From Eledone cirrhosa (Eukaryota), in assembly GCA_964016885.1 (NCBI GenBank), contig OZ024741.1, positions 254,634,001-254,698,000 of the forward strand: 64,000 nucleotides of DNA, in the 5' to 3' direction. A program made the position numbers and the translations under genes. Within the stretch, counting starts at the first letter, position 1, and every line of letters starts with the position of its first letter. The notes under the pieces were generated by a model that had not been told where the DNA came from, made no database searches, and was given only the letters and a program-made list of their open reading frames with translations. Below are positions 1 to 18,000 of this stretch, in pieces.

Positions 1-3000
1 AAACAGCAACAACAACACCGGCACTGACACAGAAAACAGCAACAACTACAACAACACTGGCATTGACAGAGAAAACAGCAACAACTACAACAACACTGGC
101 ACTGACAGAGAAAACAGCAACAACTACAACAACACTGGCACTGACAGAGAAAACAGCAACAGCAACAACACTGGCACTGACACAGAAAACAGCAACAACA
201 GCAACAACAACACTGGCACTGACACAGAAAACAGCAACAACAGCAATAACAATGGCACTGACACAGAAAACAGCAACAACACTGGCACTGACAGAGAAAA
301 CAGCAACAACAACACTGGCACTGACAGAGAAAACAGCAACAACAACAACACTGGCACTGACACAGAAAACAGCAACAACAACAGTGGCAATGACACAGAA
401 AACAGCAACAACTACAACAACACTGGTACTGACAGAGAAAACAGCAACAACAACAACACTGGCACTGACACAGAAAACAGCAACAACTACAAAAACACTG
501 GCACTGACAGAGAAAACAGCAACAACTACAACAACACTGGCACTGACAGAGAAAACAGCAACAACAACAACACTGGCACTGACACAGAAAACAGCAACAA
601 CAACAACAACACTGGCACTGACAGAGAAAACAGCAACAACTACAACAACACTGGCACTGACAGAGAAAACAGCAACAGCAACAACACTGGCACTGACACA
701 GAAAACAGCAACAACAGCAACAACAACACTGGCACTGACACAGAAAACAGCAACAACAGCAACAACAACACTGGCACTGACACAGAAAACAGCAACAACA
801 ACAACACTGGCACTGACAGAGAAAACAGCAACAACAACACTGGCACTGACAGAGAAAACAGCAACAACAACAACACTGGCACTGACACAGAAAACAGCAA
901 CAACAACAGTGGCACTGACACAGAAAACAGTAAAAAACTACAACAACACTGGCACTGACACAGAAAACAGCAACAACTACAACAACACTGGCATTGACAG
1001 AGAAAACAGCAACAACAACAACACTGGCACTGACACAGAAAACAGCAACAACTACAACAACACTGGCACTGACAGAGAAAACAGCAACAACTACAACAAC
1101 ACTGACACTCACAGAGAAAACAGCAACAACTACAACAACACTGGCACTGACACAGAAAACAGCAACAACTACAACAACACTGGCACTGACACAGAAAACA
1201 GCAACAACTACAACAACACTGGCACTGACACAGAAAACAGCAACAACAACAACACTGGCACTGACACAGAAAACAGCAACAACAACAACACTGGCACTGA
1301 CAGAGAAAACAGCAACAACAACAACACTGACACTGACAGAGAAAACAGCAACAACAACACCGGCACTGACAGAGAAAACAGCAGCAACTACAACAACACT
1401 GGCACTGACAGAGAAAACAACAACAACTACAACACTGGCACTGACAGAGAAAACAGCAACAACAACAACACTGGCACTGACACAGAAAACAGCAACAACT
1501 ACAACACTGGCACTGACAGAGAAAACAGCAGCAACTACAACAACACTGGCACTGACAGAGAAAACAGCAACAGCAACAACACTGGCACTGACACAGAAAA
1601 CAGCAACAACAGCAACAACAACACTGGCACTGACACAGAAAACAGCAACAACAGCAATAACAATGGCACTGACACAGAAAACAGCAACAACAACACTGGC
1701 ACTGACAGAGAAAACAGCAACAACAACACTGGCACTGACAGAGAAAACAGCAACAACAACAACACTGGCACTGACACAGAAAACAGCAACAACAACAGTG
1801 GCACTGACACAGAAAACAGCAACAACTACAACAACACTGGCACTGACAGAGAAAACAGCAACAACAACAACAACACTGGCACTGACAGAGAAAACAGCAA
1901 CAACTACAACAAAACTGGCACTGACACAGAAAACAGCAACAACTACAATAACACTGGCACTGACACAGAAAACAGCAACAACAACAACACTGGCACTGAC
2001 AGAGAAAACAGCAACAACAACAACACTGGCACTGACACAGAAAACAGCAACAACAACAACACTGACACTGACACAGAAAACAGCAACAACAGCAACAACA
2101 CTGGCACTGACACAGAAAACAGCAACAACTACAACAACACTGGCACTGACAGAAAAAACAGCAACAACTACAACAACACTGGCACTGACGGAGAAAACAG
2201 TAACAACAACAACACTGGCACTGACACAGAAAACAGCAACAACTACAACAACACTGGCACTGACAGAGAAAACAGCAACAACTACAACAACACTGGCACT
2301 GACAGAGAAAACAGCAACAGCAACAACACTGGCACTGACACAGAAAACAGCAACAACAGCAACAACAACACTGGCACTGACACAGAAAACAGCAACAACA
2401 GCAACAACAACACTGGCACTGACACAGAAAACAGCAACAACAACAACACTGGCACTGACAGAGAAAACAGCAACAACAACACTGGCACTGACAGAGAAAA
2501 CAGCAACAACAACAACACTGGCACTGACACAGAAAACAGCAACAACAACAGTGGCACTGACACAGAAAACGGCAACAACAACAACAACACTGGCACTGAC
2601 AGAGAAAACAGCAACAACAACAACACTGGCACTGATACAGAAAACAGAAACAACTACAACAACACTGGCACTGACAGAGAAAGCAGCAACAACTACAACA
2701 ACACTGGCACTGACAGAGAAAACAGCAACAGCAACAACACTGGCACTGACACAGAAAACAGCAACAACTACAACAACACTGGCACTGACAGAGAAAACAG
2801 CAACAACTACAACAACACTGGCACTGACAGAGAAAACAGCAACAACTACAACAACACTGGCACTGACACAGAAAACAGCAACAACTACAACAACACTGGC
2901 ACTGACAGAGAAAACAGCAACAACTACAACAACACTGGCACTGACACAGAAAACAGCAACAACTACAACAACACTGGCACTGACACAGAAAACAGCAACA

Positions 3001-6000
3001 ACAACAACAACACTGGCACTGATAGAGAAAACAGCAACAACAACAACACTGGCACTGACAGAGAAAACAGCAACAACAACAACACCGGCACTGACACAGA
3101 AAACAGCAACAACTACAACAACACTGGCACGGAAAACAGCAACAACAGCAACAACAACACTGGCACTGACAGAGAAAACAGCAACAACAACAACACTGGC
3201 ACTGACAGAGAAAACAGCAACAACAACACCGGCACTGACACAGAAAACAGCAACAACTACAACAACACTGGAATTGACAGAGAAAACAGCAACAACTACA
3301 ACACTGGCACTGACAGAGAAAACAGCAACAACAACAACACTGGCACTGACACAGAAAACAGCAACAACTACAACACTGGCACTGACAGAGAAAACAGCAA
3401 CAGCAACAACACTGGCACTGACACAGAAAACAGCAACAACAGCAACAACAACACTGGCACTGACACAGAAAACAGCAACAACAGCAATAACAATGGCACT
3501 GACACAGAAAACAGCAACAACAACACTGGCACTGACAGAGAAAACAGCAACAACAACACTGGCACTGACAGAGAAAACAGCAACAACAACAACACTGGCA
3601 CTGACACAGAAAACAGCAACAACAACAGTGGCACTGACACAGAAAACAGCAACAACTACAACAACACTGGCACTGACAGAGAAAACAGCAACAACAACAA
3701 CACTGGCACTGACACAGAAAACAGCAACAACTACATCAACACTGGCACTGACAGAGAAAACAGCAACAACTACAACAACACTGGCACTGACAGAGAAAAC
3801 AGCAACAACTACAACAAAACTGGCACTGACACAGAAAACAGCAACAACTACAATAACACTGGCACTGACACAGAAAACAGCAACAACAACAACACTGGCA
3901 CTGACAGAGAAAACAGCAACAACAACAACACTGGCACTGACACAGAAAACAGCAACAACAACAACACTGACACTGACACAGAAAACAGCAACAACAGCAA
4001 CAACACTGGCACTGACACAGAAAACAGCAACAACTACAACAACACTGGCACTGACAGAAAAAACAGCAACAACTACAACAACACTGGCACTGACAGAGAA
4101 AACAGTAACAACAACAACACTGGCACTGACACAGAAAACAGCAACAACTACAACAACACTGGCACTGACAGAGAAAACAGCAACAACTACAACAACACTG
4201 GCACTGACAGAGAAAACAGCAACAGCAACAACACTGGCACTGACACAGAAAACAGCAACAACAGCAACAACAACACTGGCACTGACACAGAAAACAGCAA
4301 CAACAGCAACAACAACACTGGCACTGACACAGAAAACAGCAACAACAACAACACTGGCACTGACAGAGAAAACAGCAACAACAACACTGGCACTGACAGA
4401 GAAAACAGCAACAACAACAACACTGGCACTGACACAGAAAACAGCAACAACAACAGTGGCACTGACACAGAAAACGGCAACAACTACAACAACACTGGCA
4501 CTGACAGAGAAAACAGCAACAACAACAACACTGGCACTGATACAGAAAACAGAAACAAATACAACAACACTGGCACTGACAGAGAAAGCAGCAACAACTA
4601 CAACAACACTGGCACTGACAGAGAAAACAGCAACAGCAACAACACTGGCACTGACACAGAAAACAGCAACAACTACAACAACACTGGCACTGACAGAGAA
4701 AACAGCAACAACTACAACAACACTGGCACTGACAGAGAAAACAGCAACAACTACAACAACACTGGCACTGACACAGAAAACAGCAACAACTACAACAACA
4801 CTGGCACTGACACAGAAAACAGCAACAACTACAACAACACTGGCACTGATATAGAAAACAGCAACAACAACAACACTGGCACTGATAGAGAAAACAGCAA
4901 CAACAACAACACTGGCACTGACAGAGAAAACAGCAACAACAACAACACCGGCACTGACACAGAAAACAGCAACAACTACAACAACACTGGCACGGAAAAC
5001 AGCAACAACAGCAACAACAACACTGGCACTGACACAGAAAACAGCAACAACAGCAACAACACTGGCACTGACACAGAAAACAGCAACAACTACAACAACA
5101 CTGGCACTGACACAGAAAACAGCAACAACTACAACAACACTGGCACTGATATAGAAAACAGCAACAACAACAACACTGGCACTGACAGAGAAAACAGCAA
5201 CAACAACACTGGCACTGACAGAGAAAACAGCAACAACAACAACACTGGCACTGACACAGAAAACAGCAACAACAACAGTGGCACTGACACAGAAAACAGC
5301 AACAACTACAACAACACTGGCACTGACAGAGAAAACAGCAACAACAACAACACTGGCACTGACACAGAAAACAGCAACAACTACATCAACACTGGCACTG
5401 ACAGAGAAAACAGCAACAACTACAACAACACTGGCACTGACAGAGAAAACAGCAACAACTACAACAAAACTGGCACTGACACAGAAAACAGCAACAACTA
5501 CAATAACACTGGCACTGACACAGAAAACAGCAACAACAACAACACTGGCACTGACAGAGAAAACAGCAACAACAATAACACTCGCACTGACACAGAAAAC
5601 AGCAACAACAACAACACTGACACTGACACAGAAAACAGCAACAACAGCAACAACACTGGCACTGACACAGAAAACAGCAACAACTACAACAACACTGGCA
5701 CTGACAGAAAAAACAGCAACAACTACAACAACACTGGCACTGACAGAGAAAACAGTAACAACAACAACACTGGCACTGACACAGAAAACAGCAACAACTA
5801 CAACAACACTGGCACTGACAGAGAAAACAGCAACAACTACAACAACACTGGCACTGACAGAGAAAACAGCAACAGCAACAACACTGGCACTGACACAGAA
5901 AACAGCAACAACAGCAACAACAACACTGGCACTGACACAGAAAACAGCAACAACAGCAACAACAACACTGGCACTGACACAGAAAACAGCAACAACAACA

Positions 6001-9000
6001 ACACTGGCACTGACAGAGAAAACAGCAACAACAACACTGGCACTGACAGAGAAAACAGCAACAACAACAACACTGGCACTGACACAGAAAACAGCAACAA
6101 CAACAGTGGCACTGACACAGAAAACGGCAACAACTACAACAACACTGGCACTGACAGAGAAAACAGCAACAACAACAACACTGGCACTGACACAGAAAAC
6201 AGAAACAACTACAACAACACTGGCACTGACAGAGAAAGCAGCAACAACTACAACAACACTGGCACTGACAGAGAAAACAGCAACAGCAACAACACTGGCA
6301 CTGACACAGAAAACAGCAACAACTACAACAACACTGGCACTGACAGAGAAAACAGCAACAACTACAACAACACTGGCACTGACAGAGAAAACAGCAACAA
6401 CTACAACAACACTGGCACTGACACAGAAAACAGCAACAACTACAACAACACTGGCACTGACACAGAAAACAGCAACAACTACAACAACACTGGCACTGAT
6501 ATAGAAAACAGCAACAACAACAACACTGGCACTGATAGAGAAAACAGCAACAACAACAACACTGGCACTGACAGAGAAAACAGCAACAACAACAACACCG
6601 GCACTGACACAGAAAACAGCAACAACTACAACAACACTGGCACGGAAAACAGCAACAACAGCAACAACAACACTGGCACTGACACAGAAAACAGCAACAA
6701 CAGCAACAACACTGGCACTGACACAGAAAACAGCAACAACAGCAACAACCGTGGCACTGACACAGAAAACAGCAACAACAGCAACAATAACACTGGCACT
6801 TGCACAGAAAACAGCAACAACAACACTGGAACTGACACAGAAAACAGCAACAGTAACAACAACAACACTGGCACTGACACAGAAAACAGCAACAACAACA
6901 ACACTGGCACTGACAGTGAAAATAGCAACAGCAAAAACACTGGCACTGACAGTGAAAATAGCAACAGCAACAACACTGGCACTGACAGAGAAAACAGCAA
7001 CAACTACAACACTGGCACTGACAGAGAAAGCAGCAACAACAACAACAACACTGGCACTGACAGAGAAAACAGCAACAACTACAACAACACTGGCACTGAC
7101 ACAGAAAACAACAACAACTACAACAACACTGGCACTGACAGAGAAAACCGCAACAACTACAACAAAACTGGCACTGACACAGAAAACAGCAACAACTACA
7201 ACAACACTGGCACTGACACAGAAAACAGCAACAACAACAACACTGGCACTGACAGAGAAAACAGCAACAACAACAACACTGGCACTGACAGAGAAAACAG
7301 CAACAACAACAACACTGACACTGACACAGAAAACAGCAACAACAGCAACAACACTGGCACTGACACAGAAAACAGCAACAACTACAACAACACTGGCACT
7401 GACAGAGAAAACAGCAACAACTACAACAACACTGGCACTGACAGAGAAAACAGCAACAACAACAACACTGGCACTGACACAGAAAACAGCAACAACTACA
7501 ACAACACTGGCACTGACAGAGAAAACAGCAACAACTACAACAACACTGGCACTGACAGAGAAAACAACAACAGCAACAACACTGGCACTGACACAGAAAA
7601 CAGCAACAACAGCAACAACAACACTGGCACTGACACAGAAAACAGCAACAACAACAACACTGGCACTGACAGTGAAAATAGCAACAACAACAACACTGGC
7701 ACTGACAGAGAAAACAGCAACAACATCAACACTGGCACTGACACAGAAAACAGCAACAACAACAACACTGGCACTGACACAGAAAACAGCAACAACTACA
7801 ACAACACTGGCACTGACAGAGAAAACAGCAACAACTACAACACTGGCACTGACAGAGAAAAAAGCAACAACAACAACACTGGCACTGACAGAGAAAACAG
7901 CAACAACTACAACAACACTGGCACTGACACAGAAAACAGCAACAACTACAACAACACTGGCACTGACAGTGAAAACAGCAACAACTACAACAACATTGGC
8001 ACTGACAGAGAAAACAGCAACAACAACAACACTGGCACTGACACAGAAAACAGCAACAACTACAACAACACTGGCACTAACAGAGAAAACAGCAACAACT
8101 ACAACAACACTGGCACTGACAGAGAAAACAGCAACAACTACAACAACACTGGCACTGACACAGAAAACAGCAACAACAACAACACTGGCACTGACACAGA
8201 AAACAGCAACAACTACAACAACACTGGCACTGACAGAGAAAACAGCAACAACTACAACACTGGCACTGACAGAGAAAACAGCAACAACTACAACAACACT
8301 GGCACTGACACAGAAAACAGCAACAACTACAACAACACTGGCACTGACAGTGAAAACAGCAACAACTACAACAACATTGGCACTGACAGAGAAAACAGCA
8401 ATAACAACAACACTGGCACTGACACAGAAAACAGCAACAACTACAACAACACTGGCACTAACAGAGAAAACAGCAACAACTACAACAACACTGGCACTGA
8501 CAGAGAAAACAGCAACAACTACAACAACACTGGCACTGACACAGAAAACAGCAACAACAACAACACTGGCGCTGACACAGAAAACAGCAACAACTACAAC
8601 AACACTGGCACTGACAGAGAAAACAGCAACAACAACAACAACACTGGCACTGACAGAGAAAACAGCAACAACTACAACAACACTGGCACTGACAGAGAAA
8701 ACAGCAACAACTACAACAACACTGGCACTGACACAGAAAACAGCAACAACTACAACAACAGTGGCACTGACAGAGAAAACAGCAACAACAACACTGGCAC
8801 TGACAGAGAAAGCAGCAACAACAACAACACTGGCACTGACAGAGAAAACAGCAACAACAACAACACCGGCACTGACACAGAAAACAGCAACAACTACAAC
8901 AACACTGGCACTGACAGAGAAAACAGCAACAACTACAACAACACTGGCACTGACAGAGAAAACAACAACAACAACAACACTGGCACTGACAGAGAAAACA

Positions 9001-12000
9001 GCAACAACAGCAACAACAACAGTGGCACTGACACAGAAAACAGCAACAACAGCAACAATAACTCTGGCACTGGCCCAGAAAACAGCAACAACAACAACAA
9101 CAACAACACTGGAACTGACACAGAAAACAGCAACAGTAACAACAACAACACTGGCACTGACACAGAAAACAGCAACAACAGCAACAACAACACTGGCACT
9201 GACACAGAAAACAGCAACAACAGCAACAACAGTGGCACTGACACAGAAAACAGCAACAACAGCAACAATAACACTGGCACTGGCACAGAAAACAGCAACA
9301 GTAACAACAACAACACTGGCACAGAAAACAGCAACAGTAACAACAACAACACTGGCACTGACACAGAAAACAGCAACAACAACAACACTGGCACTGACAC
9401 AGAAAACAGCAACAACAACAACACTGGCACTGACAGTGAAAATAGCAACAACAACAACACTGGCACTGACAGAGAAAACAGCAACAACAACAACAACACT
9501 GGCACTGACAGAGAAAACAACAACAACTACAACACTGGCACTGACAGAGAAAAGAGCAACAACAACAACACTGGCACTGACAGAGAAAACAGCAACAACT
9601 GCAACAACACTGGCACTGACACAGAAAACAGCAACAACAACAACAAAACTGGCACTGACAGAGAAAACAGCAACAACTACAACAACACTGGCAATGACAG
9701 AGAAAACAGCAACAACAACAACACTGGCACTGACACAAAAAACAGCAACAACTACAACAACACTGGCACTGACAGAGAAAACAGCAACAACTACAACAAC
9801 ACTGGCACTGACACGGAAAACAGCAACAACTACAACAACACTGGCACTGACAGAGAAAACAGCAACAACAACAACACTGGCACTGACACAGAAAACAGCA
9901 ACAACAACAGTGGCACTGACACAGAAAACGGCAACAACTACAACAACACTGGCACTGACAGAGAAAACAGCAACAACAACAACACTGGCACTGATACAGA
10001 AAACAGAAACAACTACAACAACACTGGCACTGACAGAGAAAGCAGCAACAACTACAACAACACTGGCACTGACAGAGAAAACAGCCACAGCAACAACACT
10101 GGCACTGACACAGAAAACAGCAACAACTACAACAACACTGGCACTGACAGAGAAAACAGCAACAACTACAACAACACTGGCACTGACAGAGAAAACAGCA
10201 ACAACTACAACAACACTGGCACTGACACAGAAAACAGCAACAACTACAACAACACTGGCACTGACACAGAAAACAGCAACAACTACAACAACACTGGCAC
10301 TGACACAGAAAACAGCAACAACAACAACACTGGCACTGATAGATAAAACAGCAACAACAACAACACTGGCACTGACAGAGAAAACAGCAACAACAACAAC
10401 ACCGGCACTGACACAGAAAACAGCAACAACTACAACAACACTGGCACGGAAAACAGCAACAACAGCAACAACAACACTGGCACTGACACAGAAAACAGCA
10501 ACAACAGCAACAACACTGGCACTGACACAGAAAACAGCAACAACAGCAACAACCGTGGCACTGACACAGAAAACAGCAACAACAGCAACAATAACACTGG
10601 CACTGGCACAGAAAACAGCAACAACAACACTGGAACTGACACAGAAAACAGCAACAGTAACAACAACAACACTGGCACTGACACAGAAAACAGCAACAAC
10701 AACAACACTGGCACTGACAGTGAAAATTGCAACAGCAACAACACTGGCACTGACAGTGAAAATAGCAACAGCAACAACACTGGCACTGACAGAGAAAACA
10801 GCAACAACAACAACACTGGCACCGACACAGAAAACAGCAACAACAACATCACTGGCACTGACAGAGAAAACAGCAACAACTACAACACTGGCACTGACAG
10901 AGAAAGCAGCAACAACAACAACAACACTGGCACTGACAGAGAAAACAGCAACAACTACAACAACACTGGCACTGACACAGAAAACAACAACAACTACAAC
11001 AACACTGGCACTGACAGAGAAAACAGCAACAACTACAACAAAACTGGCACTGACACAGAAAACAGCAACAACTACAACAACACTGGCACTGACACAGAAA
11101 ACAGCAACAACAACAACACTGGCACTGACAGAGAAAACAGCAACAACAACAACAACACTGGCACTGACAGAGAAAACAGCAACAACAACAACACTGGCAC
11201 TGACACAGAAAACAGCAACAACTACAACAACACTGGCACTGACAGAGAAAACAGCAACAACTACAACAACACTGGCACTGACAGAGAAAACAGCAACAGC
11301 AACAACACTGGCACTGACACAGAAAACAGCAACAACAGCAACAACAACACTGGCACTGACACAGAAAACAGCAACAACAACAACACTGGCACTGACAGTG
11401 AAAATAGCAACAACAACAACACTGGCACTGACAGAGAAAACAGCAACAACATCAACACTGGCACTGACACAGAAAACAGCAACAACAACAACACTGGCAC
11501 TGACACAGAAAACAGCAACAACTACAACAACACTGGCACTGACAGAGAAAACAGCAACAACTACAACACTGGCACTGACAGAGAAAACAGCAACAACAAC
11601 AACACTGGCACTGACAGAGAAAACCGCAACAACTACAACAACACTGGCACTGACACAGAAAACAGCAACAACTACAACAACACTGGCACTGACAGTGAAA
11701 ACAGCAACAACTACAACAACATTGGCACTGACAGAGAAAACAGCAACAACAACACTGGCACTGACACAGAAAACAGCAACAACTACAACAACACTGGCAC
11801 TGACAGAGAAAACAGCAACAACTACAACAACACTGGCACTGACACAGAAAACAGCAACAACAACAACACTGGCAATGACACAGAAAACAGCAAGAACTAC
11901 AACAACACTGGCACTGACAGAGAAAACAGCAACAACTACAACACTGGCACTGACAGAGAAAACAGCAACAACTACAACAACACTGGCACTGACACAGAAA

Positions 12001-15000
12001 ACAGCAACAACTACAACAACATTGGCACTGACAGAGAAAACAGCAATAACAACAACACTGGCACTGACACAGAAAACAGCAACAACTACAACAACACTGG
12101 CACTAACAGAGAAAACAGCAACAACTACAACAACACTGGCACTGACAGAGAAAACAGCAACAACTACAACAACACTGGCACTGACACAGAAAACAGCAAC
12201 AACAACAACACTGGCACTGACACAGAAAACAGCAACAACTACAACAACACTGGCACTGACAGAGAAAACAGCAACAACAACAACAACACTGGCACTGACA
12301 GAGAAAACAGCAACAACTACAACAACACTGGCACTGACAGAGAAAACAGCAACAACTACAACAACACTGGCACTGACACAGAAAACAGCAACAACTACAA
12401 CAACAGTGGCACTGACAGAGAAAACAGCAACAACAACAACACTGGCACTGACAGAGAAAACAGCAACAACAACAACACTGGCACTGACAGAGAAAACAGC
12501 AACAACAACAACACCGGCACTGACACAGAAAACAGCAACAACTACAACAACACTGGCACTGACAGAGAAAACAGCAACAACTACAACACTGGCACTGACA
12601 GAGAAAACAACAACAACAACAACACTGGCACTGACAGAGAAAACAGCAACAACAGCAACAACAACAGTGGCACTGACACAGAAAACAGCAACAACAGCAA
12701 CAATAACACTGGCACTGGCACAGAAAACAGCAACAACAACAACAACAACAACACTGGAACTGACACAGAAAACAGCAACAGTAACAACAACAACACTGGC
12801 ACTGACACAGAAAACAGCAAGAACACTGGCACTGACACAGAAAACAGCAACAACTACAACATCACTGGCACGGAAAACAGCAACAACAGCAACAACAACA
12901 CTGGCACTGACACAGAAAACAGCAACAACAGCAACAACAACACTGGCACTGACACAGAAAACAGCAACAACAGCAACAACAGTGGCACTGACACAGAAAA
13001 CAGCAACAACAGCAACAATAACACTGGCACTGGCACAGAAAACAGCAACAGTAACAACAACAACACTGGCACAGAAAACAGCAACAGTAACAACAACAAC
13101 ACTGGCACTGACACAGAAAACAGCAACAACAACAACACTGGCACTGACACAGAAAACAGCAACAACAGCAACAACAACACTGGCACTGACACAGAAAACA
13201 GCAACAACAGCAACAACAACACTGGCACTGACAGAGAAAACAGCAACAACAACACTGGCACTGACAGAGAAAACAGCAACAACAACAACACTGGCACTGA
13301 CACAGAAAACAGCAACAACAACAGTGGCACTGACACAGAAAACGGCAACAACTACAACAACACTGGCACTGACAGAGAAAACAGCAACAACAACAACACT
13401 GGCACTGATACAGAAAACAGAAACAACTACAACAACACTGGCACTGACAGAGAAAGCAGCAACAACTACAACAACACTGGCACTGACACAGAAAACAGCA
13501 ACAGCAACAACACTGGCACTGACACAGAAAACAGCAACAACTACAACAACACTGGCACTGACAGAGAAAACAGCAACAACTACAACAACACTGGCACTGA
13601 CAGAGAAAACAGCAACAACTACAACAACACTGGCACTGACACAGAAAACAGCAACAACTACAACAACACTGGCACTGACACAGAAAACAGCAACAACTAC
13701 AACAACACTGGCACTGACACAGAAAACAGCAACAACAACAACACTGGCACTGATAGAGAAAACAGCAACAACAACAACACTGGCACTGACAGAGAAAACA
13801 GCAACAACAACAACACCGGCACTGACACAGAAAACAGCAACAACTACAACAACACTGGCACGGAAAACAGCAACAACAGCAACAACAACACTGGCACTGA
13901 CACAGAAAACAGCAACAACAGCAACAACACTGGCACTGACACAGAAAACAGCAACAACAGCAACAACCGTGGCACTGACACAGAAAACAGCAACAACAGC
14001 AACAATAACACTGGCACTGGCACAGAAAACAGCAACAACAACACTGGAACTGACACAGAAAACAGCAACAGTAACAACAACAACACTGGCACTGACACAG
14101 AAAACAGCAACAACAACAACACTGGCACTGACAGTGAAAATTGCAACAGCAACAACACTGGCACTGACAGTGAAAATAGCAACAGCAACAACACTGGCAC
14201 TGACAGAGAAAACAGCAACAACAACAACACTGGCACCGACACAGAAAACAGCAACAACAACAACACTGGCACTGACAGAGAAAACAGCAACAACTACAAC
14301 ACTGGCACTGACAGAGAAAGCAGCAACAACAACAACAACACTGGCACTGACAGAGAAAACAGCAACAACTACAACAACACTGGCACTGACACAGAAAACA
14401 ACAACTACAACAACACTGGCACTGACAGAGAAAACAGCAACAACTACAACAAAACTGGCACTGACACAGAAAACAGCAACAACTACAACAACACTGGCAC
14501 TGACACAGAAAACAGCAACAACAACAACACTGGCACTGACAGAGAAAACAGCAACAACAACAACACTGGCACTGACAGAGAAAACAGCAACAACAACAAC
14601 ACTGACACTGACACAGAAAACAGCAACAACAGCAACAACACTGGCACTGACACAGAAAACAGCAACAACTACAACAACACTGACACTGACAGAGAAAACA
14701 GCAACAACTACAACAACACTGGCACTGACAGAGAAAACAGCAACAACAACAACACTGGCACTGACACAGAAAACAGCAACAACTACAACAACACTGGCAC
14801 TGACAGAGAAAACAGCAACAACTACAACAACACTGGCACTGACAGAGAAAACAGCAACAGCAACAACACTGGCGCTGACACAGAAAACAGCAACAACAGC
14901 AACAACAACACTGGCACTGACACAGAAAACAGCAACAACAACAACACTGGCACTGACAGTGAAAATAGCAACAACAACAACACTGGCACTGACAGAGAAA

Positions 15001-18000
15001 ACAGCAACAACATCAACACTGGCACTGACACAGAAAACAGCAACAACAACAACACTGGCACTGACACAGAAAACAGCAACAACTACAACAACACTGGCAC
15101 TGACAGAGAAAACAGCAACAACTACAACACTGGCACTGACAGAGAAAACAGCAACAACAACAACAACACTGGCACTGACAGAGAAAACAGCAACAACTAC
15201 AACAACACTGGCACTGACACAGAAAACAGCAACAACTACAACAACACTGGCACTGACAGTGAAAACAGCAACAACTACAACAACATTGGCACTGACAGAG
15301 AAAACAGCAACAACAACAACACTGGCACTGACACAGAAAACAGCAACAACTACAACAACACTGGCACTGACAGAGAAAACAGCAACAACTACAACAACAC
15401 TGGCACTGACACAGAAAACAGCAACAACAACAACACTGGCACTGACACAGAAAACAGCAACAACTACAACAACACTGGCACTGACAGAGAAAACAGCAAC
15501 AACTACAACAAAACTGGCACTGACACAGAAAACAGCAACAACTACAATAACACTGGCACTGACACCGAAAACAGCAACAACAACAACACTGGCACTGACA
15601 GAGAAAACAGCAACAACAACAACACTGGCACTGACACAGAAAACAGCAACAACAACAACACTGACACTGACACAGAAAACAGCAACAACAGCAACAACAC
15701 TGGCACTGACACAGAAAACAGCAACAACTACAACAACACTGGCACTGACAGAAAAAACAGCAACAACTACAACAACACTGGCACTGTCAGAGAAAACAGT
15801 AACAACAACAACACTGGCACTGACACAGAAAACAGCAACAACAGCAACAACCGTGGCACTGACACAGAAAACAGCAACAACAGCAACAATAACACTGGCA
15901 CTGGCACAGAAAACAGCAACAACAACACTGGAACTGACACAGAAAACAGCAACAGTAACAACAACAACACTGGCACTGACACAGAAAACAGCAACAACAG
16001 CAACAACAACACTGGCACTGACACAGAAAACAGCAACAACAACAACACTGGCACTGACAGAGAAAACAGCAACAACAACACTGGCACTGACAGAGAAAAC
16101 AGCAACAACAACAACACTGGCACTGACACAGAAAACAGCAACAACAACAGTGGCACTGACACAGAAAACGGCAACAACTACAACAACACTGGCACTGACA
16201 GAGAAAACAGCAACAACAACAACACTGGCACTGATACAGAAAACAGAAACAACTACAACAACACTGGCACTGACAGAGAAAGCAGCAACAACTACAACAA
16301 CACTGGCACTGACAGAGAAAACAGCAACAGCAACAACACTGGCACTGACACAGAAAACAGCAACAACTACAACAACACTGGCACTGACAGAGAAAACAGC
16401 AACAACTACAACAACACTGGCACTGACAGAGAAAACAGCAACAACTACAACAACACTGGCACTGACACAGAAAACAGCAACAACTACAACAACACTGGCA
16501 CTGACACAGAAAACAGCAACAACTACAACAACACTGGCACTGATATAGAAAACAGCAACAACAACAACACTGGCACTGATAGAGAAAACAGCAACAACAA
16601 CAACACTGGCACTGACAGAGAAAACAGCAACAACAACAACACCGGCACTGACACAGAAAACAGCAACAACTACAACAACACTGGCACGGAAAACAGCAAC
16701 AACAGCAACAACAACACTGGCACTGACACAGAAAACAGCAACAACAGCAACAACACTGGCACTGACACAGAAAACAGCAACAACTACAACAACACTGGCA
16801 CTGACACAGAAAACAGCAACAACTACAACAACACTGGCACTGATATAGAAAACAGCAACAACAACAACACTGGCACTGACAGAGAAAACAGCAACAACAA
16901 CACTGGCACTGACAGAGAAAACAGCAACAACAACAACACTGGCACTGACACAGAAAACAGCAACAACAACAGTGGCACTGACACAGAAAACAGCAACAAC
17001 TACAACAACACTGGCACTGACAGAGAAAACAGCAACAACAACAACACTGGCACTGACACAGAAAACAGCAACAACTACATCAACACTGGCACTGACAGAG
17101 AAAACAGCAACAACTACAACAACACTGGCACTGACAGAGAAAACAGCAACAACTACAACAAAACTGGCACTGACACAGAAAACAGCAACAACTACAATAA
17201 CACTGGCACTGACACAGAAAAAAGCAACAACAACAACACTGGCACTGACAGAGAAAACAGCAACAACAATAACACTCGCACTGACACAGAAAACAGCAAC
17301 AACAACAACACTGACACTGACACAGAAAACAGCAACAACAGCAACAACACTGGCACTGACACAGAAAACAGCAACAACTACAACAACACTGGCACTGACA
17401 GAAAAAACAGCAACAACTACAACAACACTGGCACTGACAGAGAAAACAGTAACAACAACAACACTGGCACTGACACAGAAAACAGCAACAACTACAACAA
17501 CACTGGCACTGACAGAGAAAACAGCAACAACTACAACAACACTGGCACTGACAGAGAAAACAGCAACAGCAACAACACTGGCACTGACACAGAAAACAGC
17601 AACAACAGCAACAACAACACTGGCACTGACACAGAAAACAGCAACAACAGCAACAACAACACTGGCACTGACACAGAAAACAGCAACAACAACAACACTG
17701 GCACTGACAGAGAAAACAGCAACAACAACACTGGCACTGACAGAGAAAACAGCAACAACAACAACACTGGCACTGACACAGAAAACAGCAACAACAACAG
17801 TGGCACTGACACAGAAAACGGCAACAACTACAACAACACTGGCACTGACAGAGAAAACAGCAACAACAACAACACTGGCACTGATACAGAAAACAGAAAC
17901 AACTACAACAACACTGGCACTGACAGAGAAAGCAGCAACAACTACAACAACACTGGCACTGACAGAGAAAACAGCAACAGCAACAACACTGGCACTGACA